Positions 38,565 to 52,445 of a stretch of 64,000 nucleotides of DNA are shown here, one piece after another. Source of the stretch: Pristiophorus japonicus (lineage: Eukaryota); the NCBI RefSeq assembly GCF_044704955.1, contig NC_091999.1, forward strand, positions 61,380,001 to 61,444,000, written 5' to 3'. The notes beneath the pieces were generated by a model. The model saw only the letters and a program-made list of their open reading frames with translations, searched no databases and was not told the DNA's origin. The first letter of the stretch is position 1. Every line of letters starts with the position of its first letter. The position numbers were made by a program, and so were the translations under genes.

Positions 38565-39987
38565 AGGGGTCGATTCAAAGCCTCCATCATTGTTCCCCAT
38601 GAGTCCTCTAATTGTTTGGTGAGACGTTTATTCTCTCTGCTTAGATCTTCTTTTTAAATCTCAAGATTTCCTAATTGTTTACATTGCAGCCCCTACGTGA
38701 ATTGCATTGATACGCTGCTGTAGCATTGCTGCAGTAGCTGAGGCAAATTGACTCTGCAAATTCACAATTTTCTGTTTAATGTCTGAATCTATTTTCTGCA
38801 ATTATTCATTCTTAGCAGAATTTTTTTTTCCAGTTCTGATATTTTATCCTCTAATTCTTTCTTGACCTTTGATTGACGTCCTGCGAAGTACGAAGCTGCA
38901 CAGGTGACTAGACTCATCGCCTTACCCAGCTTCCATTTCTTAGCTTTAATCTGTTCATCAATGAAAGTGACCGTATCCTTAAGGGATACATTCGGATTCT
39001 TCCCTAGGCAATCTACCAACAGTGTCTGCACTTGCGTTTCGTCACATCTTTTTCCTAACTTTTTCTGATACTCTTCCAAGAGACACTCCTCCGGCATCTG
39101 AAAATTAATAATTTTTAAGTAAGCTTCCTTAATGAAGATAACAGTCACGAGCAGTTGAAGTAAATCAACCTTACACAAGATTTGATCTGCCTTGCATCTG
39201 CTGGTGACACACAAGAACTTGTTTTCAAATGGACAGAAAAAATTCTAAGAGTTCCCAATTAACTTGATTATTGAGTATATTGCATTTTGTTCAATATCTC
39301 TTTGTTTTGTACCTTCGTGGTCGCCAGATGTAGTTTTTAACCAATGAGCAGCTTTTTGCCGCTTTGCTAACTATAGCAATTCAGCTATTTCCAGGGTATA
39401 TACTTAATTCAAACTGGGAGACTCTTGTTCAGATCATACCAAATACTTTTAATACAGGTATAGTGAGTAAAAACAGTGTTTTATCAAGTAAATTACATTC
39501 TGTTACAAAAAGTAATACTTAACAAATTATAGTCACAGTCTAATTCTCGATATCGTCCTCTCGAGCTGACCGTGGAGCCGACTCCTTATCTCCTGTTCGC
39601 TTGATTCGCACTGCCTTCTGAGTAGAAGAGCTGTTACTTTATACCATTTTTCTCCCATTCAAAAGCTGTGAAAATTTACAGCTGTTGTAGCCTTACAGTA
39701 GATCATATTATCTACTGCCTTTGACTTTCTATGTTATCTCTATCTCCCTCCCTCTCTGTGGCAGGAAACACTTCTCTGAGAACAATTATACAGACCATGG
39801 TCACTCAGAATTCATTACTGAGCTTGGCTTTACAAAAATATGACAAGAACTGGTACGCAATGTATACCTTTATGTTATTGATTAATAATTTTGGCCTTGA
39901 TCTTTCTATTTCTAAATGAAGCTTTATCAGCAGTTACAAAAATGGATAAAATAGTAATGACTCAATTTTAAAATTATGCTTTGTTCA
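38565..39987 (-). mobile_element. ERV-C: 5' LTR, PBS and coiled-coil gag-like N-terminus of a third LTR element
   Basis: PBS TGGCGACCACGAAGGTAC (tRNA-Arg(TCG), 17/18) at 39309-39326; LTR-like from 39329; ORF MPEECLLEEYQKKL..ELEDKISELEKK. Confidence 0.65.
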
Positions 39988-39989
39988 TG

Positions 39990-40680
39990 TTTGTAAATGT
40001 ATATGTGTGGTTATGTCGAAATGTTTGTTTATGTTGATGTGTAAGTGTGTGTGAGTTTTCGTGTAACATTGTGTTCACATGTAAGTGTGTGTGTGTGTGT
40101 GTTTTGTGTTAGTTTGTGTTTGGATTTATAGGCATGTCCATGTTTGTGTAAGTGTGTTGAGGTATGTGTTTTCCTGTAAGTGTATGGTTATGTCTCAATG
40201 TTGTTCATGTTTGGTGAGTGTTTGTGTGTGTATGTTTCGTGTAAGTGTGTGTTTTGCTGTGTGTGTATAAGTGCAATAGTGTGTTTGCATGTAAGCGTGT
40301 GTGTTTTTTGTGTAAATCTGTATTTGATTTGATGCATTTGTTTACGAGTGTGTGTGTGTTTTGTGCAAGTCTGTGTGTGGATTGATGTGTGTGCAAGTGT
40401 GTTTTTGCAAGTGTGTGTGTGGGTAGATGTGTGTGTTTATGTGTGTGTAAGTGTGTATAAATGTGTTTTGTGTAAGTGTGTTTGTGTGGATTGATGTGTG
40501 TGTTTATGTGTGTGTAAGTGTGTGTGTGCTTTGTGTAAATGTGTGTGTAGATTGATGTATGTGTTGATATGTGTGTAAATGTGTGCAAGTGTGTTTTGTG
40601 TAAGTGTGTGTCTGGATTGATATGTGTGTCTATGCTTGTGTAAGTGAGTATAAGTTTCTGTTGTGTTAGTGTACGTTTCG
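39990..40680. repeat. Degenerate (TG)n low-complexity tract
   Basis: TG/TA-rich simple repeat. Confidence 0.9.
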
Positions 40681-41584
40681 AATGACGTGTATTATTGTTT
40701 TGTTCAAAGTTTCAGAGAGTACCAACAACTGGATTTGACAATGATGGTTTTCATTATATTCTAGTTATGTATAATATTATATTTCAGGTTGTTAGTATGT
40801 CTTTATATGTAAGTCTTTGTGTGTTCATGTGTAATTGTGCACTTACACAAAAACACAAACTTATACAAAATCATCAAAACACTTACATGTGAACACACAC
40901 AAACTCACTTTCACATGTATTCTCCTCCGCTCTGTGTAAATGTGTTCTGTGTGAGGAGCAATGTGACATCAGCCGAACGAATGCAACAATTCAACCGATG
41001 GCCTTCAGCAACGTCAGGGACACAACTGTGAGAAACCCGCAGAGGATTCAGTCACCAGTTTAGACATGGCCCATTAGAATTCAACATGTTAGTTTACAAT
41101 TAACAGGGACTGTTGCACCCCCAAGCCTATTTAAAAATATTATGTGGAATAAATAGTTATTTCAGAATATAATACTCATATGGCAAGTTTAAAATTTTTA
41201 GATCATGGGTTAGAATGTACGATGGAAAATTAGTGCATTTAAAAGAGAGTGGTTCACTTCCCATCTCCCTGCGGGAGGGGCAGTGGGGGTTACATGAATT
41301 ACACGTTTCCCTTTCTCCTCTCGCTGGTGCGTGTGAGAGGTACAGTGAGTTAAAATTACCCTTTACTCCCTCTCAGCTGAAGTTACCTTCAGGAATCCTG
41401 TAATGAGAGAACTCCACCCAGTTTCTAACTCATTCTGTATGTGAGCTGAGAGCGCTGGCTGTACAAGCCTTGGGAACGAGATCCGAAACACCCTACTTCA
41501 GATAAAAAGCCCTCACATTGGCCAAAATAGGAAACATAATTAATTGAGTGGCTGTGTGTTTAACTCACGATGGAAGAAAAGCCA

Positions 41585-41640
41585 TTTATTGTTTTTTATT
41601 TAAGAACTGAAATGCAATCGAGACATTCTCATTGACAAGA
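41585..41640 (-). pseudogene. IGHM: Detached end of the IgM secretory tailpiece (SCQ*) plus poly(A) signals
   Basis: TCT TGT CAA TGA at 41640-41629, followed by two AATAAA hexamers about 30-45 nt downstream. Confidence 0.72.
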
Positions 41641-42865
41641 ATGACTAAGAAAGCAATAAAGGAAGGAAAGACAGATTACAAAGGTAAACTTGCGCAAAAC
41701 ATGAAAACGGATAGTAAAAGCTTTTACCGATATGTAAAACGGAAAAGAGTGACTAAAGTAAATGTTGGTCCCTTAGAAGATGAGAAGGGGGATTTAATAA
41801 TGGGAAATGTGGAAATTGCTGAGAGCTTAAACAATTATTTTGCTTCGGTCTTCACAGTGGAAGACACAAAAACCATGCCAGAAATTGCTGGTCAAAGGAA
41901 TGTGGGAAGGGAGGACCTTGAGACAATCACTATCACTAGGTGGGTAGTGCTGGACAGGCTAATGGGACTCAAGGTAGAAAAGTCCCCCGGTCCTCATGAA
42001 ATGCATCGCAGGGATAAAGAGATGGCGGAAGTTATAGCAGATGCATTCGTTAAAATCCACCAAAACTCTCTGGACTCTGGGGAGGTACCAGCGGATTGGA
42101 AAGCAGATAATGTAACACCTCTGTTTAAAAAAGAGGGCAGACAAAAGGCAGGTAACGATAGGCCGGTTAGTTTAACCTCTGTAGTGGGGAAAATGCTTGA
42201 AACTATCATTAAGGAATAAAGAGCGGGATATCTAGATTGGAATAGTGCAATCAAGCAGACGCAGCATGGATTCATGAAGGGGAAATCATGTTTAACTAAT
42301 TTACTGGAATTCTTTGAGGATATAACGAGCATGGTGGATACAGGTGTACCGATGGATGTGCTGTATTTAGATTTTCAAAAGGCATTCGATTAGGTGCCAC
42401 ACAAAAGGTTACTGCAGAAGATAAAGGCACGTGGAGTCAGAGGAAAAGTATTAGCATGGATAGAGAATTGGCTGGCTAACAGAAAGCAGAGAGTCGCGAT
42501 AAATGGGTCCTTTTTTGGTTGGAAATCGGTGGTTAGTGGTGTGCCACAGGGATCGGGGCTGGAACTACAACTGTTTACAATATATATAGATGACCTGGAA
42601 GAGGGGACAGAGTATAGTGTAACAAAATTTGCAGATGACACAAAGATTAGTGGGAAAACGGGTTGTGCAGAGGACACAGAGAGGCTGCAAAGAAATTTAG
42701 ATAGGTTAGAGAATGGGCTAAGATTTGGCAGATGGAATACAATGTCGGAAAGTGTGAAGTCATCCAGCTTGAGGGAAAAAAAACAGCAAAAGTGAATATT
42801 ATTTGAATGGGGAGAAATTATAACATGCTGCGATGCAGAGGGACCTGGGGGTCCTTGTGCATGAA
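41641..42865 (+). mobile_element. Host CR1 LINE, left part (ORF2 RT)
   Basis: KSPGP, QHGF, YLDFQKAFD, SGVPQGS, KFADDTK; interrupted after GGTCCTTGTGCATGAA. Confidence 0.95.
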
Positions 42866-45800
42866 CTCTTTTAGGAGCAAACAAAAAACATTAAGCCGTG
42901 CCCCCCGATCTGGGGGAAACACCAACAGTTGCAAGGTTTATTTTTGGCACAAAAACATATTTTTTCTCCAAGTGCCCCCTATAAAACGGGAGGGGGACAA
43001 ATAAAAGCACCGGCAATTAAAACAAATTAACTTAAAAACATGAAATCTAGTTAAAATTTGGTTGCCGGGCGTGATAATGCACTCCAGTCCCTCCGGTGCC
43101 CACCTCTTGCGGAAGGCCACGAGCGTACCGGTGGACACCGCGTGCTCCATCTCCAGGGACACCCTGGACCGGATGTATGCGCGGAAGAGAGGCAGGCAGT
43201 CTGGCTGAGCGATCTCCTCGACCGCCTGCTGCCTGGACCGGCTGAGCGCCCCCTTGGCCGTGCCCAGGAGCAGTCCTACGAGGAGGCCCTCGGACCTACC
43301 CGCTCCCCTCCGCACAGGGTGCCAGAAGATCAGGAGTGTGGGACTGAAGTGCAGCCAGAATTTCAGGAGCAGCCCCTTTAAATAACAAAACAGGGGCTGC
43401 AACCTCGTGCACTCAATAAAAACATGGAACACGGACTCTTCCAGACCGCAGAAATTGCAGGCGGCCTGGGAGCCCGTGAACCGGCTTAAAAATTTATTGC
43501 ACGGCACTGCTCCGTGCATCACCCTCCAGGCCAAGTCCCCGATAAATAGTGGGAGGACCCCTGCGTAGAGTGCCCTCCATCGGGGACCCCCGCCTCCTCC
43601 GGACGGCAAGATGGTACGCCATGGCGTGTCCAGACGGCAGGCAAGGATGGCAAAGTTGAGAGTGTGCAGGAGCAGCCCGTACAGGAAACCCCGCCGCGCG
43701 GAACTGAAAGGCACGGAGGGGATTTCCCCGAGGCGGCTCAAGTTGTGAGGCGCCGGCCCCCGAGGGAGATTCCGGGGTTTAGCGCCGATGAGGAATTCCG
43801 TCCGGACGGGGGTCAGTTCGGATGGGATCTCCCCACGTGCTTGAGCCTCCTCGATGCACATAACGGAGTCAGGGCCCAGAGCTGTTTTTAGCGACTCGAT
43901 GGCATCAGCCGCGCGGCGGACGTTGGCAGAATTTAGGCGCCGCGCCAGCGTGTCTGGCGCCATCCAACCCGCTCCTCCGCCATCGAGCAGATCCCTGACC
44001 CTGGTCACCTCACCAGCCAAAGCCCTCTCATCCGACTGCCACCTAAAACCTCGGTCCTGGAGGTACGAATTCCCGAGCAGCGGCTCCTGCAGGACGGCCG
44101 CCACTCCAGCCGGTGGAGAGCTCCGCTTGGTGGAGACTTTGTTCCAGACCCTGGTGAGTTCCTTGTAAAAGACAGGCAGCTCCCGGAGGGCAGTCCTGAC
44201 GCCCCCCACACTCACAAACAGGAGCTGCGTGTCGGAGTTGGGGCCGTGCTGCTGGCGGAAGAAATACGTCGCCAGAGCACACCACCTAGGAGTGGGCTCG
44301 ACGTAAACGTATCTCTGCAGGGTCTGAAGACGGAAAGTCGCGAGCTGGGCGCTGACGCACACCAACGACTGACCGCCCTCCCCAAGCGGGAGACTCAGGA
44401 CCGCGGCAGAGACCCAGTGCTTCCTGTTGTTCCAGAAGAAGTCCACCAGCTTCTTCTGTATCTTGGTGACAAACGCAGGGGGAGGGGTCAAAGTGACCAG
44501 CCGGTACCACAACATGGCGGCCACCAGCTGGTTTATGACTAGCGCTAGACCCCTGTAGGACAGCACTCGGAGCAGTCCAGTCCAGCGCCCTAGGCGAGCG
44601 GCGACCTTGGCCTCCAGCTCCTGCCAGTTCGCCGGCCAGGCTTCCTCGTCGGGGCTAAGGTAGACTCCCAGATAGAGGAGATGGGTCGTGCTCCAGGCAA
44701 AAGGCCTGAGCTCCTCCGGCAGGGAGTCCACCCGCCACTGACCCACCAGGAGTCCGGAACATTTCTCCCAGTTGATCCTGGCGGAGGACGCGGCCGAGTA
44801 AATCTCCTGGCACTCACACATCCTCCGCAGGTCAGCGGGATCCTCTACCGCGAGGAGCACGTCATCGGCGTAATCCGGGAGGACGACTTCCACGCCCGGC
44901 CCTTGCAGAGCCAGTCCCGTCAACCTCGTCCGCAAGAGGCGCAGGAACGGCTCCACGCAAACGGCGTATAACTGGCCGGACATGGGGCATCCCTGGCGCA
45001 CCCCTCTCCTAAAGCGAAGGGGCGCCGTCAAGGACCCGTTAACCTTAATCAGACACTCTGCGGCGGCGTACAAAATCGGATCCGGGCGACGAAATGCGTC
45101 CTGAACCCGAAAGCGCGCAGAGTTCCGAGCAGATAGTCGTGATCCACCCTGTCGAACGCCTTCTCTTGGTCGAGGGATAGGAAGGCGACCGGCAAACCAG
45201 CCTCCTGGGAATAATGGATGAGGTCCCGGACCAGATGGATGTTATCGTGGATTGTCCGGCCCGGGACCGTGTAGGACTGGTCGGGGTGGATCATGTGGTC
45301 CAGCACGGCACCAAGGCGAGCAGACATCGCCCTGGCGAAGATTTTGTAGTCCGTGCTGAGGAGGGAGACTGGGCGCCAGTTATTAAGGAGGCGGAGATCG
45401 CCCTTCTTATGCAGCAGGACGATGACTGCCCTGCGCCAACAGAATGGCATCTCCCCGGTCACCAGACTTTCCCACAGGACCCGCGCGTAGTCGCCCCCCA
45501 GGACTTCCCAGAACGCCCTGTGGAACTCCACGGTCAGCCCGTCCAGCCCCGGGGCTTTTCCCCTCGAGAGCTGGTCGAGGGCGCCGGTCAGCTCCGCCGG
45601 GCTTCGCGGAGCTTCCAGATTTTCGGCGCACTCCGGGCTGACCTTCGGCAGGTCCTCCCACAAAACTCTATGAACTTCCTCGCTGTACGGCTCCAGAGAG
45701 AACAGAGCCCTGTAATATTCACGGGCCCTGTTGTTGACGCCCTCCGGATCCGAGACGAGAGAGCCGTCGTCGGCCAGCAGCGTCAAGAGCTGCTTACGGA

Positions 45801-48800
45801 CACTCTGCCTTTTTTCCAGCGAGTAGAAGAAAGGCGGAGCCGCGGTCCAGATCCCGCAGGAAATGGATCCGTGACCTCACGAACGCGCCTCGGGAACCTA
45901 CGAGCTGCAGGTCCTTCAGCGTGGCCTTCTTCGCTTCGTACACCGTCCGCAGGGCCGGGTCCCCGACGACTTGATCCAGGTCGAGCACCTCCTTTTCTAG
46001 GCACCCGATCCTGGCCGCCCGCCTCTTGGTCGACCCCCTCACGTACTCTTGATAGAAGACGCAGACGTGAGCCTTGCCCACGTCCCACCATAGCCTCAAG
46101 GAGGGGAAGCCCCCCTGCTTCCTTCTCCAGTCGGCCCAGAAATGACGGAACGAGTCCTGGAACCGCACGTCCTCCAGCAGCTGGTTGTTAAAATGCCAGT
46201 ACGTGGACCCCGTCCTCGCGCGGAGCGAAGCGAGCTCTGCCCGCACCAGGTGGTGGTCCGAACAGGGCACCTGCCGCATGGAGGCCGCCGGGACGCAGGA
46301 AACGTACGCGCGAGACACGTAAGGGCGGTCGACTGTAGACCATCCTGCTCCAGGCCTCACCCAAGTAAAGGCGCTGGAGTCGGGATGGAGATTTCGCCAG
46401 ACGTCCACCAAGTCGAAGGACCCGACCAGGTCCCACAACTTCTCCCTCGCCGTCATGCTCTGCGGGGCACCGGAGCGGTCCCTCGCCTCGAGGGTGCAGT
46501 TAAAATTCCCCCCGAGGACAATGCAGTCGCCGACGTCGACGGAGCCAAGAGAAGCGGACACCTCTTCGAAGAAGCGTGTTTGCTGCGGCCGGGCTGAGGG
46601 GCGTACACGTTCACGAGATGGAGCGGCACGTCCCCCAGGCGAACCGTTACGTGCAGCAAGCGGCCTGGCACGGGCTCCTCGACCCCCAAGATCTCCGGCT
46701 GAAAATGCGGGGCCAGCAAGATGGCCACCCCACTAGAAGTGGCATTGAGGTGGCTCCTGCGGACCTCTCCTTGCCATTCCAGGAGCCACGTGGCTTCGTC
46801 TCCCGGAACGGTGTGGGTTTCTTGCAGGAAGCACGCCGCATATTTCCCCTCCCGCAGGAGCGAAAAAGTGTTAAATCTACATCGTGCCTCTCTGCTGCCA
46901 TTGATGTTGAGGCTGGCTATGGTTATCTTCATGACAAGAGCATAGTGCAACCTCTACCTAACCTATTGTGTGGGGGGAGTGGAGTCGTTTGTTGACCTCC
47001 ACTCCTTCAGCAGCCCAGCGAGGAACCTTTTGAGCCGGCGCAGCTCAAGGCCTTGCGCCTTTGATAAGGGCCCGCCCGCGGCCATGTTTTTAGCGGCGGT
47101 GCGGACAACGCGATGAGCAGCCCCGGCTCGGACCATCTTTCCCGGGCCAGATGGGTTCGGTTGCGGCGAACCTGGCTCTGGACCAAAAAGTCCCGGAGTT
47201 CCTCTACGGGAATGACGGGGGTATCAGCGGCGGTCACGAGGAGATCCACCGCCTCACTGGCGATGGACTCGAGATCTTCTCCCGCGTCCTCCACCGAGTC
47301 CCCGTTCCCCTCCGGGAGGTCGCCGCCAGCAGCCGGCCCGTCGACCGCACGAGGTACGGCAAACGGCCCGGCCGCTCCATCTGGCCCCGGCTCTGCCCCG
47401 ATCCCACCCCCAGGATCGACGGCAGAGGAGTCCCCACTGGGCTCTTTTAAAATTGGTACTGGGTCGGGAAGCGACAGCGGAAGGGGTTCCTCCTCCGCCC
47501 CAGGAACCGGGGAACACGGAGAGACCTGGTCAAAGTAATGTTCCAGGTCCACCAAGTACCCCAGCTCCAAAGTAGGTGGCGAAGGTTGTTGTTCTTACCC
47601 CTCCCCGCCGCCACCCCCCGGCCCAGCGTGTACAGAATCGTTAAAATTAATCCATTTTCAGTTTCTTCCGGGCCGAGCGACTCTAGGGGGCAGATAATTA
47701 ATAGCTGGGCGGGCTCAGGTTCGGCCTGTTCGGCCCCGCCTGCCTCTGTCCCGGGGACGCTCGACCCGGCGGCTACGCATTCCACCGCTGGCCCCACGCC
47801 CCCCACGACAGGCAGATCATTCACGCCATCCCCGGGAGGCAGAGGCCGGGCAGCCTCGACTGCCTCACCCTCCCCGGGGACAGATTCCTCCCGCCTACAG
47901 CGCAATTTGGGGGCTCTGGTGGGGGACGCGGGACATGCGGCGGGCACCGACTCCTCTGCGGAGGGATGTTGTTCCCCCTCCGCCTCATTGGAGCGGCGCC
48001 TCCTTTTGTTCCTGGGAGGGCGTGGAGGCAGGGAGACCCCCATGTCTGCCGAGGCCTCCCGCTCCACCCCCCCCTTTTTCTTATCTTGCCCACGCCCGAG
48101 CGCCTTTGTGATACTGGTCAAGGGCTCGGGCATGGGCTCAGGGCACCCCGCGCTCGCCGGTGACGGGGTTGGCCCGAGCGCGGTAAACAGATTGTCTGGC
48201 GCACTGAGGGGTCCCGCCTCTAGATGTTTCGTCTTCTTCCGTGCCTTCTTTCCGGTCGGACGCTCTCCCTCCCCCCCGCCGGAGGCCGTGAAAACAAAGG
48301 CCTCCGACGATTCCCGCGCACCTACGGCTCGCGGCACGTGGACGCTACTAGGGGGAGGGGTGGCGGCGGCGCCAGCCTTGGCCACCCTCGGTAGTTTGGC
48401 GGCTTTGGAGGCGGGGCAGTTCTTGCGAACGTGCCCCACCTCCCTACAGGCATGGCACCGCACGCCGTCCGACGTCCAGAAGTCGCGGTAGGCAGTCCCC
48501 TCGTGCACCACATTAAAACTTCCCTCCGTCGTCTCCTCCCGCGCCAGCCGGACAAAGAGCTGATGGCGGAAGGAGAACACGTGGCGCAGGTTGTTCTCCC
48601 TGAGGCCGAGCGGTATGGGGTTAATCCCCGACCTTACCTCCCCCAGTTGGTGTAGGTGAGGGAGGAGGAGCTCAGCGGCAACAAAGGGCGGGACGTTTGA
48701 AATGATGACCCTCTGCGCGGTGGCCTCGAGAGGGTCCACCGGCAGGAACGTCCCGCCCACCGTGAGCCCCTTTTCAAGGGCCAGGGACACCGCCCGCTCC

Positions 48801-49992
48801 GACCCCAGCAAGAACACGGCCTTCCCAGACATCTTGGAGGCTGCAACAATGGCCGAGTGGCCGACTACCCCAGCCATCGCCCGCACGCACTGCTCGATGC
48901 TCATTGTGGGGTGAGTGTAGCTCTTGACCCCGTGTTTCTTGGCTATAAGTCTGAATGGTGGCAGGGCAGCAGGAGGCACAGGAGGTGCCGTGGAAGCGGT
49001 TGCCACCTGCGCATATGTCCTCGCTGGCCCTGCCACCGGCGTGGATGGGGTCGCCATTACAGGGTCCCTTTAAGGCCTACACCCACCCCAAAGTCACAGG
49101 CCTTAATGGTCTTAAATGGCCTCCTTTAATTATTTGAACAGAGGGAGCTCTGAAAGAGGCACACCTCTCCCCTAGTTGGCAATTGGGGAGGGGCCTTGCT
49201 CCCTCTGCTCAGTTGTCTTAATTGTTCTTGTTTTTGTTCACTTGTGAGGAAAGGGCTCTCACAGAGAGAGGGGAGAGACAGAGAAAGAGTGAAAGAGCCA
49301 GGCGGGGTGGGAAAGAGGGAAGCTGCGAGGGCTGGTCTCCCCTCACAGCGATGGGTGGGTGCACTCCCCAGATGTCAAACAAAACAGTCTTTGGTGTGGT
49401 CTTCGGGTGGGTGGAGAAGATGTCTTCACCTGCGGCAGCTGGAGCCACACAGGTACACACTCCCAACGATGTTATTTAGGGTGATTGAGTTTCTTCAGCC
49501 AGGTAGCTCCAGCTATCCCAGGCTAGGCAATGGGGGAGGGGTGATTCAGTGGTGTGTGGGCCTAGCTGTAGGCAAGACCCCCACACACACTTCAACACAC
49601 ATACACACACACACACCCCGCGATGTTCCGGCCCTCGATTGGTCTTCTTTCCTCCACCCCACCGATTCAACAAAGTCTTTTTGGGGAATGCACCAAAACA
49701 CACCCACCTCTGGTTGAAGAAGTCTTTCCCTCCTTCCACACTGGTAAGTTGTTGTTCTTTTTTTTTCCCCTCTCTCGAACTCTTCGTAGGAATAATAATG
49801 GTGTTGCAGTCTTCTGCTCTCCTCCTCTCACTCTGGATAAATGGTAATGAAGCTCCTTCCTTCCTCCTCCTATTCCTGGTCTGTTCTCAGGGCTCAGTCA
49901 AGGCCTCCCAGACAGGAGCAAAGTAGGGAGTTCCTTCTCTCTCAGCAGCACAGCTCCAAGTGAAGAGGCCACGCCTCCAAAGCTCCACCATT
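42866..49992 (-). mobile_element. Tx1-clade non-LTR retrotransposon copy A, full length (about 7.1 kb), frameshifted
   Basis: ORF1 with CHACREVGHVRKNC knuckle (starts 49057); ORF2 starts 46932 with SLNING, LQETH, VYAP, GGNFN and SDH (APE), then QGCPMS/YADD (RT) and CNFC..ESVFHVFIEC. Confidence 0.95.
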
Positions 49993-50008
49993 GGTGCTTG
50001 TGCATCAA

Positions 50009-52445
50009 ACTCTTTTAGGAGTAAACAAAATAATTAAACCGTGCCCCCGATCTGTGGGAAACACCAACATTTACAAGTCCCTTTTTTAATTTTTTTTTTT
50101 TTTTTGGGGCACAGAATCAATTTTTTTCCAAGTGCCCCCTATAAAAGAGAAGGGGGACACTAAAAGCACCGGCAATTAAAACAAATTAACTTAAAAATAT
50201 AAAATCAAGTTAAAATTTGGTTGCCGGGCGTGATGATGCACTCCAGTCCCTCCGGTGCCCACCTCTCGCGGAAGGCCGCGAGCGTACCGGTGGACACCGC
50301 GTGCTCCATCTCCAAGGACACCCTGGACCGGATGTATGCGCAGAAGAGAGGCAGGAAGTCTGGCTGAACGAACCCCTCGACCGCCTGCTGCCTGGACCGG
50401 CTGATGGCCCCCTTGGCCGTGCCCAGGAGCAGTCCTACGAGAAGGCCCTCGGACCTACCCGCTCCCCTCCGCACAGGGTGCCAGAAGATCAGGAGTGTGG
50501 GACTGAAATGCAGCCAGAATTTCAGGAGCAGCCCCTTTAAATAACAGAACAGGGGCTGCAACCACGTGCACTCAATAAAAACATGGAACACGGACTCTTC
50601 CAGACCGCAGAAATTACAGGCGGCCTGGGAGCCCGTGAACCGGCTTAAAAATTTATTGCACGGCACTGCTCCGTGCACCACCCTCCAGGCCAAGTCCCGG
50701 ACAAATAGTGGGAGGACCACTGCGTAGAGTGCACTCCATCGAGGACCCCCGCCTCCTCTGTACGGCAAGATGGTACGCCATGGCGTGTAAGGACGGCAGG
50801 CGAGGATGACAAAGTTGAGAGTGTGCAGGAGCAGCCCGTACAGGAAACCCCTCCGCGTGGAACTGAAAGGCACGGAGGGGATTTCCCCGAGGTGGCTCAA
50901 GTTGTGAGGCGCCGGCCCCCGAGGGAGGTTCCGGGGTTTGGCGCCAATGATGAATTCCGTCCGGACGGGGGTCAGTTCAGACGGGATTTCCCCGCGTGCT
51001 TGAGCCTCCTCGATGCACCTAACGGAGTCAGGGCCCAGAGCTGTTTTTAGCGACTCGATGGCATCGGCCGCGTGGCGGGCGTTGGCAGAATTTAGGCGCC
51101 GCGCCAGCGTGTCTGCCGCCATCCAGCCCGCTCCTCCGCCATCGAGCAGGTCCTTGACCCTGGTCACCTCACCAGCCACAGCCCTCTCGTCCGACCGCCA
51201 CCTAAAACCTCGGCCGTGGAGGTACGGATTCCCGAGCAGCGGCTCCTGCAGGACGGCCGCCACTCCAGCCGGCGGAGAGCTGCGCTTGGTGGAGACTTTG
51301 TTCCAGACCCTGATGAGTTCCTTGTAAAAGACAGGCAGCTCCCGGAGGGCGGTCCTGACGCCCCCCACACTCACAAACAGGAGCTGCGTGTCGTAGTTGT
51401 GTCCGTGCTGCTCGCGGAAGAAATACATCGCTAGAGCACGCCACCTAGGAGGGGGCTCGACGTAAAGATATCTCTGCAGGGTCTGAAGATGGAAAGTCGC
51501 GAGCTGGGTGCTGACGCACACCAACGACTGACCACCCTCCCCAAGCGGGAGACTCAAGACTGCGGCAGAGACCCAGTGCTTCCTGTTGTTCCAGAAGAAG
51601 TCCACCAGCTTCTTCTGTATCTTGGCGACAAACGCAGGGGGAGGGGTCAAAGTGACCAGCCGGTACCACAACATGGCGGCCACAAGCTGGTTTATGACTA
51701 GCGCTCGACCGCTGTAGGACAGCACTCGGAGCAGTCCTGTCCAGCGCCCTAGGCGAGCGGTGACCTTGGCCTCCAGCTCCTGCCAGTTCGCCGGCCAGGC
51801 TCCCTCGTCGGGGCTAAGGTAGACTCCCTGATAGAGGAGATGGGTCGTGCTCCAGGCAAAAGGCCTGAGCTCCTCCGGCAGGGAGTCCACCCGCTACTGA
51901 CCCACCAGGAGTCCGGAACATTTCTCCCAGTTGATCCTGGTGGAGGATGCGGCTGAGTAAATCTCCTGGCACTCACGCATCCTCCGCAGGTCAGCGGGAT
52001 CCTCTACCGCGAGGAGCACGTCATCGGCGTAAGCCAAGAGGACGACCTCCAAGCCCGGCCCTTGCAGAGCCAGTCCCGTCAACCTCGTCCGCAGGAGGCG
52101 CAGGAAAGGCTCCACGCAAACGGCGTATAACTGGCCGGACATGGGGCATCCCTGGCGCACCCCTCTCCCAAAGCGAAGGGGCGCCGTCAAGGACCCGTTA
52201 ACCTTAATCAGACACTCCGCGGCGGCGTACAAATGTCGGATCCGGGCGACGAAATGCGTCCCGAACCCAAAAGCGCGCAGAGTTCCGAGCAGATAGTCGT
52301 GATGCACCCTGTCGATCGCCTTCTCTTGGTCGAGGGATAGGAAGGCGACCGGCAGACCAGCCTCCTGGGAATAATGGATGAGGTCCCGGACCAGATGGAT
52401 GTTATCGTGGATTGTCCGACCCGGGACCGTGTACGACTGGTCGGG
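50009..52445 (-). mobile_element. Tx1 copy B: 3' part of ORF2 plus 3' UTR
   Basis: RT/CCHC region, stop at 50205; fused at 52445 to copy C. Confidence 0.92.

Noticed and set aside
31688-38570. Possible AAGG target-site duplication around ERV-B
   Set aside because: The right LTR end is degenerate, AAGG is ubiquitous in the GA tract, and the two flanks are unrelated.
40205-40588. His/Thr-rich 127-aa ORF
   Set aside because: Translation of a (CA)n-like repeat.
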